Shown piece after piece: positions 28,019 to 40,697 of a stretch of DNA of 64,000 nucleotides. Source of the DNA: the human T2T-CHM13v2.0 reference genome, Homo sapiens; the NCBI RefSeq assembly GCF_009914755.1, contig NC_060929.1. The stretch is one strand, 5' to 3'. The notes below the pieces were generated by a model. The model was not told where the DNA came from, did not search any database, and saw only the letters and a program-made list of their open reading frames with translations. Position numbers and translations under genes: made by a program. Every line of letters begins with the position of its first letter. Positions within the stretch are counted from its first letter, which is position 1.

Positions 28019-28872
28019 AAGAAACCTGAAAGCCTGGATTATCTAAGAACTGAGCTTTGTGGGATGGAAACAAAGCTGGATGTAGTAATCAGCTCAGAAT
28101 AAATGAGGCTACATTTCATGCTCTGTTTTTCCATCCATCAAACTGATTGAGTCCAACAGTCACCAGGATACAAATGATCATTAATGAACTAAGAAAAGAA
28201 AGGTAGGGCTTGGAGCTACATGCCAGAAATGAGAATCAGATGTCTGTTAATTTAGTGTGAAGTGTAGACGGTAAAGTGATTATTACTAAGTAGTGATATA
28301 ATTGTTTACTTAAGGTGAAAGGTCACACCTCAGTTTGTAATTTTACCAGGAATAGAACTGTCAAGAAAATGCTATTTTTCTTATGAAGGACAAAAGACAG
28401 AGAGTAGTATAAATCATTGCATAATGTAAATTCTGAACTGATATTCCACATTATATTATTTGGATCTTCTGAATTCACCAAACAACTGATAATGTTTGAA
28501 AAACTGAAATACAATATAAATGGATTGGTAATTAAATCTAAGCAGCATCTCCCAACGGCTTTTGCAAACCTTAAAGTTCTTATTTCCAGTTCATATGGTA
28601 GAGTTTGCAGTTAGTTCAATGATAATTTTCTTATTGTTTTCCTGTGAGGTCAAATTGCATGGGATACAAATGATGTAGGAGTTGTGTTTTCTTGCTGTGA
28701 TTTGGTTTATTACTTTATTCTTGGAATGGAAATTGGATATAGGAGGCTCTTACCTGAAGGTTTTCTAAGGCAGGCAAAATTTATGGTAGTGTTACCTTTG
28801 TAGTGGCTGTTTTGTAATTTTTGAGAACAAGGAACATCTGGAAGAAATGTGAGTCCTTGGGGGTGAGGACCC

Positions 28873-28903
28873 TTCACTGTCAACTGCAGTGCCCTGAACA
28901 CAG
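28873..28903 (+). repeat. Exact 31-bp dispersed direct repeat, copy 1
   Basis: ttcactgtcaactgcagtgccctgaacacag, identical to 30054-30084. Confidence 0.98.
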
Positions 28904-29451
28904 GAAATGGATGGATATGTGTGCCCTGTGATCTGAGTGATTATTAGGATGTAGGTTTGTTTCTAAAATACAATGGCTGGAACTTGTTCTATTAGGGGCT
29001 ATTGTTGCTCTTCTGTAATGCCTATTGGATGGCAATTGATCAAGACTCCTGACACCTCAGTTACTTTTGGAGGAAGAAAAAAAGAAAATTACTAACCATC
29101 AGATCTGAAGTAGTTTAATAACCGAAAGAAGAAAATAGCACCCCAAGGGTCAAGAAAAAAAGTGCGTTTGCTCTATCCATTCTCTAGTCAACAATAAGGA
29201 GATATTTTATCATATATTTGGGCAAAAAAAAGAAACCAAGACTATTACTGATCAGATTCTGGGGATAATAAACATCTTATTCATCCTAACTGGCTAATAT
29301 AATATCCTGTTACCCATACTGAAGTTATTAAGATAGGAAAATACTTAATTTTTCTCCAACAAACCCAGGCCACAATAACAGTTCTTTCTTCTTAACTTCT
29401 GTAATATCTACCATACTGCAAGAGTCATTTGGCATATATACAGGACACCAT

Positions 29452-29470
29452 CTGTGTGTGTGTGTGTGTA

Positions 29471-29506
<36 letters not shown>

Positions 29507-29557
29507 CACAGTCATATATATATATATACACACACACATATATATATGTATATATAT
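29452..29557. repeat. (TG)n(TA)n(CA)n compound microsatellite
   Basis: About 100 bp of near-continuous alternating purine-pyrimidine. Confidence 0.97.
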
Positions 29558-30053
29558 GGTCCTCTCACCTGTTAAAAGATAGCACAAGACACCTATGTAA
29601 ACCTACTACTTTCAAAGTTTCCAAAAGTGAAGATACAGCACAAGTCTCCCCTACTCTTGAAATCCTGAGAACCTCAAGGGGAATTTTCTTGTGTCCTCTG
29701 CCCAACCCCAACCCCACTGGGAGGCTAAAAGCCATGCACGTGACTATGTCTAATTCTACTCGTCCTCTTCAAATGCTCCTTTCTTGTGCCAGTTCAAAGA
29801 GTCTTTTACCTAGTCTGGAAACAGGATAAGAAACTTGCTCAGTCTGCTGGCATTCTCTTCTCAAATCATCTGTCTTAGTCTTTGAAGCTAGAAGTTGCAA
29901 ATTTGGCATGTGGGGTTTGCAACACAAAAGCAACAGGTGTCCAAGGTATAACTGCCAAATGGGCAGTTAACTCACTTGGGTTACTAAACTCGGAGGATGA
30001 AAAGAACCCATTAATTAAACTTCACATTTCATCACACCACAGATATTTGTGTA

Positions 30054-30084
30054 TTCACTGTCAACTGCAGTGCCCTGAACACAG
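30054..30084 (+). repeat. Exact 31-bp dispersed direct repeat, copy 2 (within an L2-like 3' terminus)
   Basis: Identical to 28873-28903; context gtattcactg...cagtgccctgaacacagtgaatgcccaagaaaag resembles the L2 3' end. Confidence 0.98.
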
Positions 30085-32811
30085 TGAATGCCCAAGAAAA
30101 GTCTGTGATTCATGATTAATGGAAATATTTTAGACATATTTTATATTAAACTTGATAATGGAGAGTTCTGATTATCAATCTTTCCCACTAAAATACTGCT
30201 ACCTGAAGAGGGGCATGAATGGTTTTCACAGCAAGGGAGACAGTCCTTTAAAGCCTTCTGTTTTATGTTTTAAATATCCAGTTTGACCTTTATGATAACC
30301 AGAAATATGAGTGGCCCACGGTAGCTTTTCTATCAACTATTCTAGCAGAGATTTGACTACATTTCCAAATTGAACCTCCATGTATCTATCTCCACACGCA
30401 AAAACAAACAGGCCTCCTAGGGTCTGAAAGGGGAATTCTGTCCCTCTATTAGCACCAAATCAAGACAAGCAATCTCCTGGTACCTTTGGTATACCAATTT
30501 CTGATTCTTTAACCCCAACCTCATCACTATCCCCAACAATCTAACAAAAACATTGAACCACATGTATAATCGTTCAGTTCTTCATACATGGGCAGAAAAA
30601 AATTTACCAGCTCCAAAAATATACAAATCAACTTTTCCTTCACAAATATAAAAAATGAATGAAAACAACAGTGCCTTTATAGCTATCCAATAAAATATCT
30701 ATCAAAGACGAATCTATTTTTATAAAACCTGGGTCAATTTTCTAAACTGAAATACAGCTCACCAATATAAAAATTCCTTTCTGCATCCATAGAAACAGAC
30801 ATTCAGTACTCATCTATGGCCAACAGATAACATGTGGTAAATGCATGAGAGAAACCACTAATTTCTTGCCAGCTGCCTGGTAGACCCTCATAAATACTTT
30901 TTTGTTGTTGTTAAAAGATTGTTTTATTCTGAGGTAATCTCCATAGAGCGATATATGCCATAGAGGGCAATTTTTTAAATGTTAAATTAAAGAAGACTCA
31001 TGAATCAGGAAATTTTGGTACTCTATATAGAGAAAAGTATGTATATACACAAGTTTGTGTAGAGATAACTTTTTGAGATTATAGACCCTTTGCTGTTATT
31101 TACATACATTATTTGATTTAACCATAGGCAACATGGGCTGAGGCTCAGAACTTAGCATGAAGCACCCACAGGGATTATGCTTCATCATCAAGGTGATTGC
31201 TGTGTTCTTGCAGAACCCTTCCTATGGGCTATAGCTATGTAGAGTGAACAAAATTAAATGTATATCAATCTTTGTTATTTTTGTTTTTAATTAGCTCCAA
31301 AAATATGCACAATGTTTTAAGGATTTTTATAGGTAAAACACCCCAATTTTCTCACTAAATGACTTGGAATGAGAACTTGTACAAATACAGTACCTTCATT
31401 TTCTAGATAAAAAACTTTGACCTATCACTACTACTTTTTAGATGTATGAAGATGTTATATTTAATAAAATACACTTTTACTATAAAGCTTTACTACACTC
31501 ATAACAGTTGTTTTCCACAATAAATATTCTTAGATACTAAAAGTAAAACTAGTATTGTGTATATGTGTGAAAGGAGGTCAGGTGATCGGGGCTGGGGTGA
31601 TGGCATGACATTTTGTCATTTAACAATGGTCCTCATACTCAAAGAGATTTCAGATCATTGCTGTGTGATTCATGGACACTCAGCATTTTTGGTGGCCCAT
31701 CTTCTATAGTATACAATAGCATCAGATATAATATCAGCAATCTGCATCATGAGTAACAACTGGTGCACGAATAAGACAGCCAGCAGAATATGAAAAGGAT
31801 TCAACCTGAGCAATAACAAAATAAACATTTACACTTAAACAATGCTTACTTCTCTTTTTAAGCATTATATGAATTGTAAGACACTGAAATAGACTAGTGA
31901 AGGAGACTCTGACACAATCTCTTCCACTGGAGATTTAATAAGAGATGTAATAAGAGAACAAATGAGAGGCTAGGTTGGGTGGGGCACTGGGCAGTCATGC
32001 CTGGTGAATTTGAATGTGTTAGATGGTATTTTAAGGTTGCTTACAGCTGACGGTTAATAAAAAATACAAGCCAATCATTCCTTATTCTTAATGGACTATT
32101 GGTTTCATATTAACTCAGAAACTTTATTAAATTGCGAATTTCAAGTAAAGATTTTAATGAGAAATCTTTGATTTCTGAAAAAATGATGTGCTGTGTTCAC
32201 TCAAGTACTTCCAAAGTGGAGAAAATATTGGCACAGAAATATAAGGGCTTCTTTCCACTGGATATTCGAAGCAAGAAGAGCCAGCAAAGACCTTCTGAAG
32301 AGAAGGTTCAATTTCTGTGGAGTAAAATTTATTTCACTAACACAATAGCTTCACAGGGAATAGTCTTTAGTAGTTAAAAATCAATAAGAAAACAAAACAA
32401 AATAGATTCTTCTTTTTCATACCACTTGTATAAAGGTCTACAAATGCTGAGGCTTGGAGAAGGTACTAGAATTAGAAAATTCCCCAGCTTTTCCTGTTTG
32501 AATCTATGTATTTCACGTGATCAATCCCTTCTTGTTTACAAAGCCCCTCAACAAGAGCCCATTCTGTAATAGACACTATAGTTAATGTTACCCTCTAAAT
32601 TTTCACTGTCTCTTATCCTCTTTATGGTGAGGCATGAGTCCAGCCCTCCTTGGTTAAAGACAGAAGCCATGTTAAAAAAGAGATCAGTACCCACTGGTCA
32701 ACTTTCTCTCCTAACACAACTAGGAACAATCTTTTTCTATAAACTGGGCAGGAATAACACATGGCTATAATCAAAAGACGTACATGGAGCTCTTAAAAGA
32801 CTTAAGTGGAC

Positions 32812-33110
<299 letters not shown>

Positions 33111-33246
33111 CCTTAAATGGACTTTAAATGTGAAACACAGATCATTATGTTTCTCTAGCAGTGTCTAGAGAAGAGGTTACTCAAACTAGCCAGATAGTTG
33201 ACATCTCCGTCAGTGCAAAATCGAAGTAATGGTTAACAACACTCTA

Positions 33247-33551
33247 CAGCTGTTCCTAGGTATCTGTCGGGGTTGGCTGCAGGACTCCCTGGAGATATCA
33301 AAATCTGCAAATGCTCAAGTCCCTTATACAAAATGGCACAGTATTTGCATATAACCTGTGCACATCCTCCTGTGTACTTTAAATAATTTCTAGACTACTT
33401 ATAACACCTAACACAATGTAAATGCTATGTAAATGTTGTTATGCTGTATTGGTTTTTAAAATTTGTATTATTTGTATTGTTGTATTTTTTTTTATTGTTT
33501 TGAAAAAATATTTTCTATCCATGACTGGTTGAATCAATGGATGCTATACTG
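33247..33551 (+). mobile_element. MER2 (TcMar-Tigger)
   Basis: gctcaagtcccttatacaaaatggcacagtatttgcatataacc ... ggttgaatcaatggatgc. Confidence 0.88.
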
Positions 33552-35469
33552 AATAGCTCCGCTACTTCCAAAGCCAGTGCATTTAAGCATTACTCAGAAC
33601 TGCTTTTACAGGATAGGTGGCTTGTTGAAACTTCTGCTGGCCACATTACACTGGCTTAAACAGCATTTTCAGGCACAGTTCATGACTATGATCAGTTTTA
33701 AGGACACAGAATATAAAATGCATAGCCAAATAATGAGAATGAGAAAATGAGTCTATGAGAAAAAATTAAGTACACAATCAGCAATCTTCCCTTAGTTTTC
33801 CTTATCTCTACATGAAGGTCAAGGAAACATTAGTTTTTGCATTTCTTTGCCGTGTATTTTTTTTGTAGGAAAGACTCTGTCATCTATAATCCCTGCTATC
33901 ATTATTCTGATTTCATCACTTAGAGGGGCATGTTGAATGAGTGACTGTTCATCCATCTGCTTGAACTGAATCCAAGCCCTGTCCTACATACACTTGGAAG
34001 CTTTTTGAATGATATCCACCATGTATTACTATATGTTCTTAGTGCAAAGCCAGTCATTATCAAAGTAACCCTTGCACAATACTGCCTCTTTCCCACATTT
34101 GCCATCTAATACATGTTTTAACAGGACAGGGTTCACATCTTGAGAGAACAGGAATAATTCCTCTTTTCAACTATCCAGTTTCCTTCTTAAGTAAAACAGG
34201 GAAAAACCCACGGATGAGTTGCCTCTCTAACTCTCATTTTTACATTTCTCTGATGTGAAGTTGATATTTAATATCTCAAACACCTGGGAAGTAAATATTG
34301 TTTGCCATTGAACTAAAGAGTGTTCCACGATTTTGTTATGCCTATGACAAGGCTCTGATACTAATGCTAATGTACATTAAGCAATGGTTTAACTTTCTGG
34401 TTACTTGCATCATAACCCAGGTTTATTATTTTTGGCCCTAGTTAAAAAGAAGGGGGAAAAATCCTTAGAACACATAATCTGGGAAGTTTCATGTCATTTG
34501 AAGACTGGAGGCCAGGATACAAGAGTGACTTGATTGTGAAAAATAAAGTTTAAACAAACGAATTCATCCACATGTGACCAAAAAAAAAAAACACAGGGGA
34601 AATGCAGAGTACCCATGCACCTATTATGAACTGCCCATGCCTGTGAGGGTGAGCAGGAGTGAGAAGGAGTGGTAGAAATACTAAAAGTACGTGTTCCTAC
34701 TAATGTAAATAGTGTTTATGACCCTATTCATAATCCTTTAAAGACAGTTGTTAGCACTAGGCACCAAGTCAGGTTCTAGCCAGGGCCTGGCAGTAGAATA
34801 ACTCTAACAGTTAATAAAATACATAGTGAGAACAGGATGTGAATTTATGCCTCCTGAGAATTACTGTATTCACAAATGACCATTTCAGCACAGCCGTTTT
34901 TGGCCACCTCTTGGGAAAGAAAGCACTTTGAGACTAGTTGGAAACACGAAGAAGGGCAATATGCCACCTTCCAGGTAACTGGCAAACTGTCTCGGGAAAG
35001 CAGAAAAACTTTGAAAAAACAGATTTCCTAGGGCCAGAAGGTAATGTGAAATGGAAGGCAAAAAAGAAGAGAAAAAAAAAACCAACTGGGAGTTTTAGGT
35101 TGTAACATAAAGTATATAAACTAAGCAGACCCAAAAGAACAATATGGATGAGAAAATGTTATTCATGAATGAGCAAAATCATAAACTCTTTCCTGTCTCC
35201 TTTAAAGGCCCTGGAGGTGAAAGAAAGGGAAGAACCATGAGTCTTTACATTTCCTTGCAGTGTATATACTTCTGGGTGGATTCTTTCAGGTATAATTCCT
35301 AAGAACTCATACAGTCCAGAGCTGTTTAGTAAAAAGGTAAAAACAGCAAATGTTTCTGATAAAAATTAAGGCTACAAAAAAACAGAACTGCTCCTACCCT
35401 CTATCTTGGAAGGTAAAATGCAGATCTCCTCACAAACATCTCCTAACTCCCAAAGTGATCTATTGCCCA

Positions 35470-35900
35470 ATCAACTGATAAGCACAGATTGAATGCCAGC
35501 TGGAACTCAACGTTATTCTGGGCACCCTGATAACTAGAGAAGCAATTACATGCAGTCTATGTGGTCTCTGTCCTCAGAGTTTACAATAGATGGAGACACA
35601 AAACTACTGCACACAAAATAATTTGGTAGCAAAACAAGGAAGTGAATAATTAAGTCCCAAAATAAGCAGTGCAGAATAAGGACTGAAATTTCAGAGGAAG
35701 TTGATTAAGGCCTGGGACCAGGGAAAATAGGTGGAACTTATCAAACATTTATTAGATGTCAGGCCCTATTGTAAGCACATTTGTATTAATTCCCTTAATC
35801 GTCACACCACCACCATAGGGATACAGTTGTTCCTATTCTGCATTTGAGGAAACTGAGACACACAGAGGTTAAGGACTGAACTGCAGTATCACTCTTATCA
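35470..35900 (-). mobile_element. L2 and MIR fragments
   Basis: tggtctctgtcctcagagtttacaatagatggagac (antisense L2); catttgaggaaactgagacacacagaggttaag (antisense MIR core). Confidence 0.6.
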
Positions 35901-36919
35901 TAAGTCAGTCTGTTTTGGAGTCTATTCTGTTCTGTTGGTGCATTCGTCTATGCTTGCACCAGTATCACGCTGTCACAGTTATTATGATGGTGTTCGAGTT
36001 TATATACCTAAAAATCATCAAAGCTGGGCTTCAAAAAAAGTCTAGCTCTAGAACTTCCTCTCCGAACCACTTTTTTATCTGAAATTTGAGGAAAGGGAGA
36101 ATCTGAAAAGATAAAAGAACAAAGAGAAGGTCCATGAGCAGAGCATATTTCTCCCAAAGAAATTTAGGATGAATCGGGTCTACCTCCTTTCACTTCTAAA
36201 GCCATCACATAACTTTTGACCAATTTCTTCCTACTCTGGCCCCACGAACAATAAAATATTATCTGACAAGTTTACCACTAATCTTAGTTTTCAGTTTTTT
36301 TTAAATTGCTAGTAAGCACAAAAGTAGGTGGAAAAAAAGAAAAAACTCCCTCCTGTATCTTCTTTCCTTTCTTTTTACTTAGGTCCTAAGGGAAAAACCA
36401 AGACAGTCTAAGGTCCCTCTGGGTTTATAAAAGGAAGACATCCACTTAAAAAAGGTCCTTAAGGTTTTCAAACAGGACTGAGCTTTTGGGATTGAGGTGT
36501 GATTGTTGGACAGGGCAGGAATGTGGCTGACAGCCCTAGGACTGGTGGGGTATGTTTGGGGCTTCTCACTTTGTTCTTTGCAATCACAATCCCTGTTGCT
36601 GGCAACAGGTCAGCAGAAGAGTAAAGACATCAGTAGATGAAGGAAGATCCTGGGAGGCAGATTAGAATGAGAAAGAAAAAAAGGGAAAAAAAGAAGAAAG
36701 CTCCATGCCCTTCCCTCTTGCAGCCATCACATCCTCACATTTCCAGTTGTAACCCAGACTGCAATTGCCATGAACAAAAGAACAAATATCTAAATAGGGA
36801 CAGAAGAGCCTAGCAAGCAGCATGTTCACTACAATAGCAGTAAAGAGATGGAGAAGAAGACAAAAGATGCCCGTAGGGAGATGATGGACAGGATAAAGCC
36901 ACAAAGGATAACATATACC

Positions 36920-37760
36920 TAACAACAGTTACAAATATGCAGAAGTTAAGTGCTACAAAAGGCAGACTAAAAGGATATCACATCCGAAGAGATAGAGTTA
37001 GTAGAGTTACCTGAAAATAAATATATGTTAAGTTCTTCAAAATAACAAATAAAATGGTAGGGTTAAACGTGGTGGATTGAACACATGATTTTAGATTTCC
37101 TCCATCTCCAAAAAAAAACCCTGTAAAAACAGTAAAATTATTTAATTTTCAAAAACTCATAAACCCACAAGGATCAAAAAACAAGAGAAACAAGAGAAAA
37201 GATAACAAATGATCCGCGTCAAAATTTTTGGAACCTGGAAAGTAAATAAAGAGTAGAAACTGAAACATCCTTTAAGACAGAAAGCTAACTACCTACAAGT
37301 GGCAGGCTGGAGGTGGAGGGGCAGTGGTAACAAAGAAGCAGATTCACAGTGGGAAACACCAGAAAGAACAGGAAACTGGAGGCACCAAGTGGCTTTGAAT
37401 ATGGTAAGGGACTGGAAAAGGACCCGTAGAAAGAGCACTTCCTCTCCTACCAGGCAAAGCCAGGAGACTGTCTCTCCCCAACCCCAGCAGAAGACTGGAC
37501 ATATTGAATTTTGTGAAGATACTGAAACTAAAGTTCTATGGACTCAGAAACATCAGGCACAGTTGAAGGCAGCAATACTATACTAAAAACAGCAGATTAA
37601 GTAAAAGTCTCCTGCGCCAAGGCTTTTGCTCATAATGCTAAAACTGAGTTATATCTCTGGGGCAGGAGAGTAACAGATTTTTCTTTGGGGCAATATACTA
37701 CCCCAAGAGAAAGGACCTACTAAGGTACTCTTAATACTAAGAGTCAAAGAAAAAGTACTT
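36920..37760 (+). mobile_element. Ancient L1M 5' region fragments
   Basis: Purine-rich degenerate L1M 5' end-like sequence (ggttaaacgtggtggattgaacacatg). Family uncertain. Confidence 0.35.
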
Positions 37761-37819
37761 AAAAAAATGGGATTAAGTTCGAGCAATCTACCTGATTAAT
37801 TCCCCCTGGAACTTCTTAT

Positions 37820-38100
37820 AGTGAAAAAGCACTGAGCTATAAGTTAGAGATCTCAGACTAAAATCACTCTCATGAGCAAGTCCCTGTTAATCCTCTGGAG
37901 CTTTAGTTTTCTCACCTGTAAAGTGCAGATAACAATATACCTCCTATGTCACGGGCTTACAAGGATCAGATCCTCACTCACAATGCCATAGACACTGGGT
38001 TAGCTGCTATGCACAATCTCCTTGGAATTTCATAACAACGTTATGAGATAGTACTATTAGCAGTCCTGTTTTATAAATGAAGAACTAGAGGCCTAATGCC
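37820..38100. mobile_element. MIR fragments
   Basis: ctttagttttctcacctgtaaagtgcagataacaat and cctgttttataaatgaagaactagaggc. Confidence 0.6.
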
Positions 38101-38609
38101 TTCCCAACAACTTTTATATGAAAGCTACTCATATTAATTTACCTGAATCTCTCTCTCTAGTAACTCATTCCTGCTTATGAGAATGCCTATACATAGCGAG
38201 CAATTCAAATATTTTAAATTTTCCCCCATTATAAAAATTAGAGTAATCCAGTTACGAATACTAGCCCAGTAATCTAAAGTTTGTTAAGAAAAGTTAAGAT
38301 TAGCCTACAGAAATCCATCTGCAAAAAAACCATGAATTCCTCCTTTAAAAAACTCGAAAACATGCCCCCATCATCACTTTAACACCAATTAGTCAAGGGA
38401 GTGCTGCTGAATGTGTGAGTAAGTGGGGAGGCCATGAGCAATAAAAAGCAGAAAAACTTTGAAAAAACAGTCCCCTTTCGGGACTGTTCTAAAGAAAAAA
38501 CCATGAACATTTATGGGAATGTTTTGCTTAGTTTGGTAATAAATGTCTGTAACACTGAAGTGTTTGCCAGCATAACTCTCCTCATAGAATGGCTGCGTGA
38601 ACAGTTTTT

Positions 38610-40697
38610 TTAAAATTTTTATTTATTTATTTTTATTGCTTTTTATTATTGTACTTTAAGTTCTGGGATACATGTGCAGAACGTGCAGGTTTGTTACACA
38701 GGTATACATGTGCCATGGTGGTTTGCTGCACCCATCAACCCTCATCTACATTAGGTATTTCTCCTAATGCTATCCCTCTCCTAACCCCCCAGCCCCTGAC
38801 AGGCCCCGGTGTGTGTTGTTCCCCTCCCTGTGTCCATGTGTTCTCATTGTTCAGCTCCCACTTATGAGTGAGAACATTTGGTGTTTGGTTTTCTGTTCCT
38901 GTGTTAGTTTGCTGAGAATGATGTTTTCCAGCTTCATCCATGTCCCTGCAAAGGACATGAACTCATCCTTTTTTATGCCTGCATAGTATTCCATAGTGTA
39001 TATGTGCCACATTTTCTTTATCCAGTCTATCATTGATGGGCATTTGGGTTGGTTCCAAGTCTTTGCTACTGTGATTAGTGCTGCAATAGACATACATGTG
39101 CATCTGTCTTTTTAGTAGAATGATTTATAATCTTTTGGGTATATACCCAGTAATGGGATTGCTGGGTCAAATGGTATTTCTCGTTCTAGATCCTTGAGGA
39201 ACTGCCACACTGTCTTCCACAATGGTTGAACTAACCCTTCAAAAAAATAAATGAATCCAGGAGCTAGTTTTTTTTAAAAGATTAACAATATAGATAGACC
39301 GCTAGCCAGACTAACAAAGAAAAAAAGAGAGAAGAATCAAATAGACACAATAAAAAATGATAAAGAAGATATTACCACTGATCCCACAGAAATACAAACT
39401 ACCATCAGAGAATACTATAAACACCTTTATGCAAATAAACTAGGAAATCTAGAAGAAATGGATAAATTCCTGGACACATACACACTCCCAAGACTAAACC
39501 AGGACGAAGTTGAATCCCCGAATAGACCAGTAACAAGTTCTGAAATTGAGGCAGTAATTAATAGCCTACCAACCAAAAAAAGCCCAGGACCAGATGGATT
39601 CGCAGCCTAATTCTACCAGAGTTACAAAAAGGGGCTGGTACCATTCCTTATAAAACTATCCCATACAATAGAAAAAAAAGGGACCCCTCCCTAACTCATT
39701 TTATGAGGCCGGTGTCATCCTGATACCAAAACCTGGCAGAGACACAACAAAAAAAGAAAATTTCAGGCCAATATCCCTGATGAACATCGATGTGAAAATC
39801 CTCAGTAAAATACTGACAAACCAAATCCAGCAGCACATGAAAAAGCTTGTCCACCACGATCAAGTTGGCTTCATCCCTGGGATGCAAGGCTGGTTCAACA
39901 TACACAAATCAATAAACATAATCCATCACATAAACAGAACCAATGACAAAAACCACGTGATTATCTTAATAGATGCAGAAAAGGCCTTCGATAGAATTAA
40001 ACACCACTTCATGCTAAAAACTCTCAATAAACTAGGTATTAATGGAACATATCTCAAAATAATAAGAGCTATTTATGACAAAGCCACAGCCAATATCATA
40101 CTGAATGGGCAAAAGCTGGAAGCATTCCCTTTGAAAACCGGCACAAGACAAGGATGCCATCTCTCACCACTCCTATTCAACATAGGGTTGGAAGTTCTGG
40201 CTAGGGCAATCAGGCAAGAGAAAGAAATAAAGGGTATTCAAATAGGAAGAGAGGAAGTCAAATTGTTTCTGTTTGCAGATGACATGATTGTATATTTAGA
40301 AAACCCCATCATCCCAGCCCAAAATCTCCTTAAGCTGATAAACAACTTCAGCAAAATCTCAGGATACAAAATCAATGTGCAAAAATCATAAGCATTCCTA
40401 TACATCAATAATAGACAAACAGAGAGCCAAATCATGAGTGAACTCCCACTCACAATTGCTACAAAGAGAACAAAATACCTAGGAATCCAACTTACAAGGG
40501 ATGCAAAGGACCTCTTTAAGGAGAACTACAAAACACTGCTCAAGGAAATAAAAGAGGACACAAACAAATGGAAAAACATTCCAAGCTCATAGATTGGAAG
40601 AATCAATATCGTGAAAACAGACATACTGCCCAAAGTAATTTATAGGTTTAATCCTATCCCCATTAAGCTACCATTGACTTTCTTCACAGAATTAGAA
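38610..40697 (-). mobile_element. L1PA7/8-like element with 5' inversion (twin priming)
   Basis: 3'UTR and ORF2 end antisense at 38610-39234; inverted ORF2 segment in + orientation at 39233-40697; TSD gaacagttttt(tt)aaa at 38599 and 40695. Confidence 0.92.
39233..40697 (+). pseudogene. L1 ORF2 fragment (reverse transcriptase domain), disrupted
   Basis: ORF 39780-40391 contains RT motifs [14 protein letters not shown] and LFADD; stops and frameshifts flank it. Confidence 0.93.

Noticed and set aside
29458-29829. 123-aa ORF
   Set aside because: Begins in a microsatellite with a non-ATG start and resembles no known protein.
28873-30084. 31-bp repeat as a CRISPR-like repeat or transposon terminus
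   Set aside because: Only two copies 1.2 kb apart, with no array, no TSD, no associated ORFs, and a primate context.
38466-38488. Hairpin aacagtccc-ctttc-gggactgtt resembling a terminator
   Set aside because: A 9-bp stem with a short loop is expected about once or twice by chance in 64 kb, and the context is eukaryotic.
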